33,331 nucleotides of DNA from an uncultured virus (IMG/VR IMGVR_UViG_2061766007_000970) (lineage: Duplodnaviria; Heunggongvirae; Uroviricota; Caudoviricetes), in IMG/VR virus record IMGVR_UViG_2061766007_000970. One strand, 5' to 3'. Under the pieces are notes generated by a model. The model saw only the letters and a program-made list of their open reading frames with translations. It was not told where the DNA came from and ran no database searches. Each line of letters starts with the position of its first letter. Within the stretch, counting starts at the first letter, position 1. Shown in pieces: positions 25,234 through 33,331 of this stretch. The position numbers were made by a program, and so were the translations under genes.

Positions 25234-25997
25234 ATTCCCGGTGTACGTCTACGATTTCAACACGAACATCGTGCGTGGCGAGCAGGCCTCCACCAAGGGC
25301 TACTGGCGCGACGTGGGAACGATTGACGCCTTCTTCGAGGCGAACATGGACCTCTGCTCCGAGAACCCGCCGTTCGACCTGTACAACAACTACTGGCCCA
25401 TCCGCACATTCAACTGGAACCAGCCGCCCGCCCGCTTCTTCGCTGGCGACAGCGACGCCCACCAGGGAGCGGCCATCGACTCCATCGTTTCCGCNNNNNN
25501 NNNNGCGCGGCGAACAAGCCTCCACCAAGGGTTACTGGCGCGACGTGGGAACGCTCGACGCCTTCTTCGAGGCGAACATGGACCTCTGCTCCGAGAACCC
25601 GCCGTTCGACCTTTATAACAACTACTGGCCCATCCGCACGTTCAACTGGAACCAGCCGCCCGCCCGCTTCTTTGCCGGCGACAGCGACGCCCACCAGGGA
25701 GCGGCCATCGACTCAATCGTCTCCGCGGGCTGCATCATCGGCGGCGGCACGGTAGTCAAGAGCATCCTCAGCCCGGGCGTCACCATCCAGAAGGACGCGC
25801 TCGTCGAGGAATCCATCCTCTTCCCGAACGTGACCATCGGACCGGGAGCCAAGGTGCGCAAGGCCATTATCGAAAAGGGCCTGCACATCCCCGCCGGTTT
25901 CCAGATCGGCTACGACCTGGAGCGCGACCGCAAGCTCTTCCACGTGACCGAATCGGGAATCGTGGTCCTTGCGAAGGATACGATTATTAAGGCGTAA
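25234..25997 (+). CDS. glgC: Glucose-1-phosphate adenylyltransferase, 3' part (internal segment duplicated across gap)
   Basis: [23 protein letters not shown] and left-handed beta-helix motifs; two allelic copies at 25234-25494 and from 25505. Confidence 0.92.
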
Positions 25998-26066
25998 GGG
26001 ATTAGAATCTAGAGGCTAGGATCTAGGGACTAGGAGACCCGAGCCTCGCACCTTCGAACCTATTAA

Positions 26067-26093
26067 AAAGGCCCCAGCAATGCTGGGGTCTTT
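26067..26093. terminator. Bidirectional intrinsic terminator
   Basis: AAAGGCCCCAGC-AAT-GCTGGGGTCTTT between the convergent glgC and lipoprotein genes. Confidence 0.8.
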
Positions 26094-26118
26094 GCTTGTG
26101 GATTTTTAGGACAAACTA

Positions 26119-27290
26119 CTATTCAGTTGCGGTAGAATCCGGGACTACGGGCTTGGTACCCCAGTTACCGCCGCCACCGAGATTGAAACCACCCGTGCTG
26201 TCGCCACGGCCACCGAAGTTAAAGCCGGTACCAGTGCTGTCACCCATGTTGAATCCGCCACCCGTAAAGCTGGACATGTCCATTTTCCACTGGCCGTCCG
26301 TGCACGTATAAGTCACGGTCATGCCGTACATGGTGCTGTCCTTCGTGGCGCCATCCTCTTCGCATTTGTTCCTTTCGGCTTCAGCTTCCTTATCACGGGT
26401 CCACTGGCCGTCCTTGCACACATACGGCGTGGTCCCACCAAACGACGACGTACTGTCCTTCGTGGCGCCTTCCTCGTCGCACTTGTTCTTTTCGGCTTCA
26501 GCAGCCTTATCGCGTTCCCACTTGCCNNNNNNNNNNNNNNNNNNNNNNNNNNNNNNNNNNNNNNNNNNNNNNNNNNNNNNNNNNNNNNNNNNNTGCCGTC
26601 CTTGCAAACGTAAGTCGTCGCATAGGTCATGCCCATCATCGAAGAGGAATCCGTCTTCGTGGCACCTTCTTCGTCGCACTTGTTGGCTTCGGCAGTCGCC
26701 GTGGAATCATAAACCCACTGGCCGTTCGTGCAAACACTTACGTAGCCCATCTGGTTCTGGGTAGCGCCTTCCTCGGTGCAAGATAACATGTTCGCAAATG
26801 CAGTCGAATCGAAAGTCATCGTACCCGTGCCAAAAGGATTAGTCGTTCCTTCGTCCGTGGGAGTTCCAGAAGAATCCTTATTGTCCTTGTCTCCAGAATC
26901 CTTGCCGGAGTCCTTGCCAGAATCCTTGGAGCCGGAGTCCTTACCAGAGTCCTTCGAATCACTGGAGGAAGCCTTATCGCCCTTGGAATCGCCGGATTCA
27001 GCCTTTTCAGCCTTGGAGTCGCCGGAAGCATCCTTTCCATCCTTGGAATCAGCGGAAGCCTCCTTACCGTCCTTGGAATCCTTAGAATCCTTTGATTCGG
27101 CAGACTTGGTCTTGTCGCCCTTGGAGTCTTCAGAGGTCGCTTCGCCCCCCTCGCCTCCCTGTGAATCCTCGGCTACAGCGGGTTCGTCGCCGCCAGCCAC
27201 GTTCGCCGAAGTGGACGAATCGTCACCGCAGCCTGTGAAACATACAGCCGCAGCAAAGGATGCGACCAAAGCTAATTTTTTGTAGTTCAT
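26119..27290 (-). CDS. Lipoprotein with S/D/K-rich linker and Cys-pair repeats (gapped)
   Basis: Lipobox FTGC-GDDSS; at least four CxEEGAT...YxCxDGxW repeats; Gly-rich tail. Confidence 0.8.
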
Positions 27291-27339
27291 TATAAGATAC
27301 TCCTGTTAAGGTTTTCCTCTAGCAGGAATATATCACGTT

Positions 27340-27370
27340 AAAAAGAGCGGTTCCCCGATGTGAACCGCTC
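27340..27370 (-). terminator. Intrinsic terminator after the nucleotidyltransferase gene
   Basis: Minus strand reads GAGCGGTTC-loop-GAACCGCTC-TTTTT. Confidence 0.75.
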
Positions 27371-27409
27371 AACAGACAAAAAGTGTTGCGAGAATCTCAA
27401 AAAATGTAA

Positions 27410-28333
27410 CTATTTGTGAACAATCGAATTGCTGATCTTGCCGTTCGTAATCTTGACTCCGCTCCAGACAACGGAATTGCTGATTTCGACGCCAGAAAGT
27501 TCGCAATCGTCCCCAATAGTGACATAAGGGCCTATCTTGCAGCCATAAACCTTGACATTCTTGCCTATATGGCAAGGAGGTATGATTTGGACACCCCTAG
27601 AAGCGAAGGCGTTACTGTTGTCGTTACGGCCAAGCATGTGCGCATTCGTGTGCAAAAGCGTTTCCATCAAGCCGCAGTCCAGCCAGCGGAATACCGGGGC
27701 CGTCCGGAACTTGCAGCCCTGCCTGATCATCATTTCGAGCGCATCCGTCAGCTGGAATTCGTTCTTGGTACGTATATTGTTGTCCATCAAATATTTAAGG
27801 GCAGCCTTTAAAGCCTTCACATCCTTGATGTAGTAGATGCCGACGATCGCTTCGTCGCTCACGTATTCCTGGGGCTTTTCCACAAGACGTTCAATTTGAC
27901 CATCTGGCGTAGTCACGGCAACGCCAAAACGCGAAGGATCTTCGACCTTGTACGTATAAAGGATATTTTGGTCAGCTTTTTCGAGAATGGAAAGGTCCGC
28001 TTCGAACAAAGTGTCACCAAGAATAATCAGCAACGGTTCGTCGTCGTCAACAAACGGCAAGGCCAGGCTAATCGCCTCCCCAAGTCCCTGCGGGTTGTCC
28101 TGGAGGACTGTGCGGACTTTACCCCATTCCGGCTTGTCCTGCAAATATTCATCTATTTTTTCGGCTTTGTAACCAGTGATAAAAACAGTCTCGGTGGGAT
28201 TCAGCTTCAAAGAATCTTCAACAATCCAATCGAGAATCGTCTTGCCTGCCACGGGAAGCAAACATTTTGGACGATCCTCTGTGTAGGGACGGAGTCTTAT
28301 TCCATTACCAGCGACCGGCAAAATAATTTTCAT
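27410..28333 (-). CDS. Sugar-phosphate nucleotidyltransferase (glucose-1-phosphate thymidylyltransferase-like)
   Basis: ILPVAGNGIRLRP..PKCLLPVAGK, QGLGEA, RFGVA, VEKP, EFQLTDAL and WLDCG motifs; C-terminal hexapeptide repeats. Confidence 0.92.
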   Translation of the reverse strand: MKIILPVAGNGIRLRPYTEDRPKCLLPVAGKTILDWIVEDSLKLNPTETVFITGYKAEKIDEYLQDKPEWGKVRTVLQDNPQGLGEAISLALPFVDDDEPLLIILGDTLFEADLSILEKADQNILYTYKVEDPSRFGVAVTTPDGQIERLVEKPQEYVSDEAIVGIYYIKDVKALKAALKYLMDNNIRTKNEFQLTDALEMMIRQGCKFRTAPVFRWLDCGLMETLLHTNAHMLGRNDNSNAFASRGVQIIPPCHIGKNVKVYGCKIGPYVTIGDDCELSGVEISNSVVWSGVKITNGKISNSIVHK

Positions 28334-28515
28334 TTCTTCACAATCCTTGATTTTGCTAAAAAAATCCTAAACAACACATCCCATTATACAAAAAAATAAC
28401 AAAAAAAATACACCTTTTTGCAAAAAACGAAAAAACTTGAAGAAAATATCAACGTTTTCTTTCCTTATGAAAAAAAAATAGATAGTTTAATGTAAGACAT
28501 ATTAAGGAGTAATCC

Positions 28516-29481
28516 ATGAACAATAAATTTATCCTTGCCATTTCTTCTCTTTTCTGCATCGCAACATTTGCAGTTGCTCAAGATGCACCAGCTCCGGCAC
28601 CGGAACAGACCGCTCCCGAAGCAGCCGTTACGGCCCCCGAACCCGAAACTTCGCCAGCGGAACAACCGGCCGCGCCCGCTCCTGAAGCGGAACCTCAAGT
28701 CAGCGCACCGGCCCCCACACAGACTGCAGAACAGCCTGCACAAACAAACGAAGTCGCTCCAGTCGTTTTCTACTACGCCCCCACGGCACCCGGCAATGAA
28801 CCCGTCCAAAATCCGGCTCAGGTCGAAAATGTTCCTCCCGCTCCTCAGCCCGTCATCGAGCAGTACAAGCCGAAGGTTCATCCCAAGCAGACGACCCACT
28901 ATGGTATCCAGGGTTCTATCGGTACCAGTACATACTCCGGCGACTCGAATGCCGACTTTGACGACGGCTTGGGCTGGAACGCAGGCGCATACATAAACCT
29001 GCCCATCAGCGATTACATCTTCAGCTTCGAACTGGGTTCCCAGTTCATCTACAGAAAGGTTTCCAATTCCTTCACTCAAACCAACAGGAACACCTACGAA
29101 ACGGAAGCCCGCAAGGACAAGATTACCGCCTACTCGCTGGGATTCCCCATCCTCATGAACATCAACGCAGGTCGCTCCGGCTTGCTCTACTTCGGCATGG
29201 GTGTTGAATTTGAAGTTCCCCTGTACAACAACCTCCAGATTTCCATTGACGGGAAAAAGCGTGTCGACCAGGATCTCCAGGAAGACCACTGCGCTCCGAT
29301 GTCTTGGGACATCCTCCTCGGCATGGGTATCAACGCCACCAGCCATTTCGGCCTCTACACGCGCATGAACATCGGTATTTCCGATATTTATGACGACCTC
29401 TACATCAAGGAAGATGGCAAGAAGGAATACTGGGGCTTCAAGACGTTCGACTTGAACATCGGCCTGAAGATATTCATCTAA
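28516..29481 (+). CDS. Outer-membrane beta-barrel protein (PorT/porin-like) with Pro/Ala-rich N-terminal region
   Basis: Signal peptide ending AVA-QD; P/A/Q-rich linker; alternating beta strands; C-terminal FDLNIGLKIFI. Confidence 0.8.
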   Translation: MNNKFILAISSLFCIATFAVAQDAPAPAPEQTAPEAAVTAPEPETSPAEQPAAPAPEAEPQVSAPAPTQTAEQPAQTNEVAPVVFYYAPTAPGNEPVQNPAQVENVPPAPQPVIEQYKPKVHPKQTTHYGIQGSIGTSTYSGDSNADFDDGLGWNAGAYINLPISDYIFSFELGSQFIYRKVSNSFTQTNRNTYETEARKDKITAYSLGFPILMNINAGRSGLLYFGMGVEFEVPLYNNLQISIDGKKRVDQDLQEDHCAPMSWDILLGMGINATSHFGLYTRMNIGISDIYDDLYIKEDGKKEYWGFKTFDLNIGLKIFI

Positions 29482-29521
29482 CAAAAAACGAAAGAATCTC
29501 CTCATCGGGAGAAACCTTCAG

Positions 29522-29558
29522 AAACTGCTTACGAGCGAAACCTCTAAGCAGTTTTTTT
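29522..29558 (+). terminator. Intrinsic terminator
   Basis: AAACTGCTTA...TAAGCAGTTTTTTT downstream of the beta-barrel gene. Confidence 0.7.
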
Positions 29559-29571
29559 ATTTCGCTACAAC

Positions 29572-29604
29572 AAAAAAACCGAAACTCTTTCGAATTTCGG
29601 TTTT
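29572..29604 (-). terminator. Intrinsic terminator after the tRNA
   Basis: AAAACCGAAA...TTTCGGTTTT stem with a T run on the minus strand. Confidence 0.7.
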
Positions 29605-29606
29605 CG

Positions 29607-29648
29607 TGGATGATGCAGGGGTCGAACCTGCGACCCGCTGATTAAGAG
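29607..29648 (-). tRNA. tRNA-Lys(CTT), 3' half (5' half lost in gap)
   Basis: Minus strand: CTCTTAA anticodon loop, TCAGC, GGGTC, T arm GCAGG-TTCGACC-CCTGC, acceptor strand ATCATCC-A; CCA not encoded. Confidence 0.88.
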
Positions 29649-29658
29649 NNNNNNNNNN

Positions 29659-30192
29659 AGAATCTTTCAACGCCTTCACGTTCTTGATGTAGTAGATGCC
29701 GACAATAGCCTCGTCACTCACGAATTCCTGCGGTTTTTCTACAAGACGTTCAATTTGACCATCAGAAGATGTCACAGCAACACCAAAACGCGACGGATCC
29801 TCGACCTTGTAAGTATAAAGGATATTTTCTTCGGCATTTGCAAGAATGGAAAGGTCGGCTTCAAAAAGCGTATCCCCCAAGATAATCAGCAGCGGTTCTT
29901 CGTCGTCCACAAACGGCAGCGCAAGGCTTATCGCCTCGCCCAAACCCTGCGGATTTTCCTGACGGACAGTACGAACTTTACCCCATTCCGGCTTGCCCTG
30001 TAAATATTCATCCATTTTCTCGGCTTTGTAACCCGTGATGAAAAACGTTTCAGAAGGGTTCAAGCTCAAAGAATCTTCGACAATCCAATCAATAATAGTC
30101 TTTCCCGCCACAGGCAACAAACACTTCGGAAGATCCTCAGTATAGGGACGGAGTCTTATGCCATTACCAGCGACTGGCAAAATAATTTTCAT
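29659..30192 (-). CDS. Second, diverged copy of the sugar-phosphate nucleotidyltransferase (5' part)
   Basis: Near-identical protein to 27410-28333 with many synonymous changes; truncated by a gap. Confidence 0.9.
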
Positions 30193-30373
30193 TTCTTTGC
30201 AATCCTTGATTTGCGATACATATGCAAAACTTTACATCCCATTATACAAAAAAATAACAAAAAAACATATCTTTTTCTAAAAAAATCAAAAAACTTGAAG
30301 AAAATATCCACGTTTTCTTTCTTTATTGGAAAAAATTAAATAGTTTAATTGGGAACATATTAAGGAGTAGTTC

Positions 30374-31222
30374 ATGAATAAAAAAATTATCCTTGCCGTT
30401 TCTTCGCTTTTCTGCATTGCAACCTTTGCCGTCGCTCAAGACACTCCCCAAGAAGCACCCGCTGTAGAAGCCGCCCCTGTTGCAGCTCCCGCTGCAGAAG
30501 CAGCTCCTGTCGCAGCACCCGCTCCCGTTCCAGCACCAGCCGCAACCGAACAACCGGCACCCGCTTCCGTTGTAGCTCCAGCACCAAACGAGCCCACGGC
30601 AGCGCCCGCAGCGGAACAAGCCGCACAAAACGGCGAATCGGTCCCCGTAATTTTCTACTATGCCAACACAACTGAAGCCCAACAGCCGACTCAGCCTCAA
30701 CCGGTCGTAATGCCGCAGCCGCAGCCCGTCGCAGTAGCGCCGGTCCAGCAGGCTCCGGCTCCAGCACCTGCACCGGCACCGGCACCGAGGGTCCATCCCA
30801 GGCAGACCATGCACTACGGAATTCTGGGCTCCATCGGTACAAGCGAATACATCGGAAGCTCGAACGACGACCTGGATGATGGCTTGACCTGGAATGCGGG
30901 TGCATTCATCACCATCCCCATTAGCGACTATATCTTCAGTTTCGAACTCGGTTCGGAATTCATCTACAGAAAGGAATCGAAGGCCTACTGGGATAACGAC
31001 GTCGATAAAGCGCGCAAAGACAGAATTCTGGCCTACTCGCTCGGTTTCCCTCTCCAGATGAACATCAATGCCACCCGTTCTGGCGTTGTCAACTTCTTCG
31101 TCGGTACCGAAATCGAAGTTCCCCTGTACAACAATTTGCAGGTTTCCTTTAACGGGAAAAAGAACGCAGACGTTAATTTGCAAGACGAACACTGTGCACC
31201 CATGTCCTGGGATTTCATCTTC
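30374..31222 (+). CDS. Second, diverged copy of the outer-membrane beta-barrel protein (3' end in gap)
   Basis: Shares ISDYIFSFELGS, EVPLYNNLQ and HCAPMSWD with 28516-29481. Confidence 0.8.
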
Positions 31223-31339
31223 NNNNNNNNNNNNNNNNNNNNNNNNNNNNNNNNNNNNNNNNNNNNNNNNNNNNNNNNNNNNNNNNNNNNNNNNNNNNNN
31301 NNNNNNNNNNNNNNNNNNNNNNNNNNNNNNNNNNNNNNN

Positions 31340-33331
31340 AGTGTCATCCTGAGCGGCGAAGCCACGAAGGAACCAGACAAGAAGTCCGAAGGCCTCAAAG
31401 TCGCGGTTTTCGAGAAAGAGGCGGAGGCGAACGCGGTCGTAGAACGCTGCAAGCCGCCCGCAACGGCGACCATCGCAAAAATCGACACCCAGCAAAAGAA
31501 GCAGTTCCCGCAGAAACCCTTCGACTTGACGGAACTGCAGAAAGAAGGCAACAAGCGTTTCAAGTTNNNNNNNNNNGGAAGGCAACAAGCGTTTCAAGTT
31601 CAGCGCACAGCAGGTGTTGGACTGCGCGCAGAACCTCTACGAAAAAAAGCTCCTCACCTACCCGCGTACCGACTCGCAGTACCTGCCCGACACCATGAAG
31701 CAGGAAGCCTACGCGCTCGCCCAGAGGCTTGCAAGCCCCGAACAAAAGGGCGTAATGCGCAACGAGAGCGAGAACTTCGTCTTCATCAACTCGAGCAAGG
31801 TGACCGACCACTTCGCCATCATCCCGACTGGAGAAACCCCGAACGGGCTTCCCGAAATGGAGCAGAAGATTTACGACTTGGCGAAAGAACGCTTTGTGCA
31901 GGCATGGCTCAAGCCGTACGTATGGAGCGAGATGGAGGTGGTGTTNNNNNNNNNNCGTGCAGGCATGGCTCAAGCCGTACGTATGGAGCGAGATGGAGGT
32001 GGTGTTACAGACGAGAGACGAGAGACGAGAGACGAGAGAGGGCTCGGGTCAGGATTCTGAAGCAGCTGATTTGTTCCGGTTGAAGTTGAAGCGCAACGAG
32101 GACCTGGGTTTCCGCGCGATTGTGAAGGAAGAAGCAAAAGCCAAGAAAGGGAAAAAGACGAGAGACGAGAGACGAGAGACGAGAGAAAATACAACGGCAG
32201 AAGAATCAAAAGGTGACGGTGACGATATCACGAACCTGGTCGAAGCGTTCCCGGAATGGAACGTAGGCGACACCTCCCCCTTCGACAGCGTAGAACTGCA
32301 GAAGAAAAAGAAGAGCAAGCCCAAGTACTACACCGAGGCGACGCTCCTTGCCGCGATGAAGACCGCCGGCAAGCAAATCGAGAACGAGGAACTCGCCGAA
32401 GCCATGAAAGACCGCGGGCTCGGCACTCCGGCCACGCANNNNNNNNNNAAAAAAGAAGAGCAAGCCCAAGTACTACACCGAAGCGACGCTCCTTGCCGCA
32501 ATGAAGACTGCCGGCAAGCAAATCGAGAACGAAGAACTCGCCGAAGCCATGAAAGACCGCGGGCTCGGCACTCCGGCCACGCANNNNNNNNNNAGGGCTC
32601 GGCACTCCGGCTACGCAGGCGGGCATCATCGAGACGCTCAAGAAGCGCGGGTTCATCGAGGCNNNNNNNNNNTATCGAGACGCTCAAGAAGCGCGGGTTC
32701 ATCGAGGCGCAGAAGAACTACCTGGTGAGTACAGAGCGCGGGCGCGAAGTCATCGCCCTCATGGACGAGAAAGTGAAATCGCCCGAGATGACCGGCGAAT
32801 GGGAGTACAAGCTTTCGCAGGTCGAAAAAGGGACGCTCACGCCCGTAGAATTCCGCGACGGCATCGTNNNNNNNNNNTGGCTTTATCGAAGCACAGAAGA
32901 ATTACCTGGTGAGCACCGCCCGCGGGCGCGAAGTTATCGCGTTGATGGACGAGAAAGTGAAATCGCCCGAGATGACCGGCGAATGGGAATACAAGCTATC
33001 GCAGGTCGAAAAGGGCCAGCTCACGCCCGTAGAATTCCGCGACGGCATCGTCAACTACGTGAAAGAACTCTTCGAGCACCTGCGGGAGAAATACGGCAGT
33101 CAGTTCGAGCGCGAAACCGTGACCGAGGCTATCGCGTGCCCCAAGTGCGGCCAGCCGCTCGAAATCGCCCCGTGGGGCTACGTGTGCAAGAACGCCGAAT
33201 GCGGTTTCAAGATGGGCCACACCATCGCAGGCCGCATGCTGAGCCACAGCGAAATGAAGGAACTGCTCGCAAACGGGAACATCGGCCCGCTTTCCGGATT
33301 CAAGAGCAAGAAGGGCAGTGAATTCTCGGCC
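31340..33331 (+). CDS. topB: DNA topoisomerase III, fragmented with duplicated allelic pieces
   Basis: PFDLTELQK, AQNLYEKKLLTYPRTDS (catalytic Tyr), YTEATLLAAM, GLGTPAT, KSPEMTGEWEYKL and C-terminal CPKC motifs. Confidence 0.9.
32009..32183 (+). repeat. Two tandem (AGACGAG)4 heptamer arrays inside topB (32009-32036 and 32156-32183)
   Basis: Read directly from the sequence; each translates as TRDERRETRE. Confidence 0.9.

Noticed and set aside
29607..29648. tRNA 3' fragment as a prophage att site
   Set aside because: The truncation is caused by an N gap, it lies over 4 kb from the phage genes, and no second copy was seen in the window.
24698..32083. ORF-track fusions across N runs (24698-25054, 25115-25618, 29557-30192, 30374-32083)
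   Set aside because: They arise from translating through gaps and join unrelated genes, such as the beta-barrel with topB.
19868..32183. CRISPR array
   Set aside because: No regularly spaced repeat-spacer series was found. The repeats seen are coding, heptameric or gap-associated.
25234..33331. Apparent tandem duplications and frameshifts in glgC and topB
   Set aside because: Every duplicate abuts an N gap and differs mainly at synonymous sites, which indicates strain-variant assembly bubbles rather than pseudogenes.

Overview
About 1-25.2 kb is the + strand virion morphogenesis region of a myovirus-type (pro)phage. It has a lambda-like head module (GpA terminase, gpW, lambda-family portal, S49 protease/scaffold, decoration protein, gpE-type major capsid) joined to a Mu-like contractile tail and baseplate, followed by a gap-riddled set of modular tail-fibre genes. 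From about 25.2 kb, after an N gap, come bacterial chromosomal genes: glgC 3' part, a Cys-repeat lipoprotein, a sugar-phosphate nucleotidyltransferase and an outer-membrane beta-barrel gene (each in two diverged copies), half of a tRNA-Lys(CTT), and fragments of topB. Their style suggests Fibrobacter (inference). The many N gaps with duplicated flanks point to a scaffold built from mixed strains, so the phage-host linkage is unproven. The most notable signals are: (1) a repeated C-terminal/N-terminal peptide pair at successive fibre-gene junctions, suggesting a daisy-chained segmented fibre; (2) a TGTTACCRAA motif exactly 36 nt before a -10 hexamer at three gene-block starts, suggesting activator-dependent late promoters; (3) three anti-SD/hairpin/SD leaders, two of them covarying; (4) a capsid decoration protein with an inserted sheath-like domain; (5) two leaderless membrane-protein morons; (6) a -1 frameshift in the tail chaperone. 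All product calls come from motif recognition by eye; no database searches were run.
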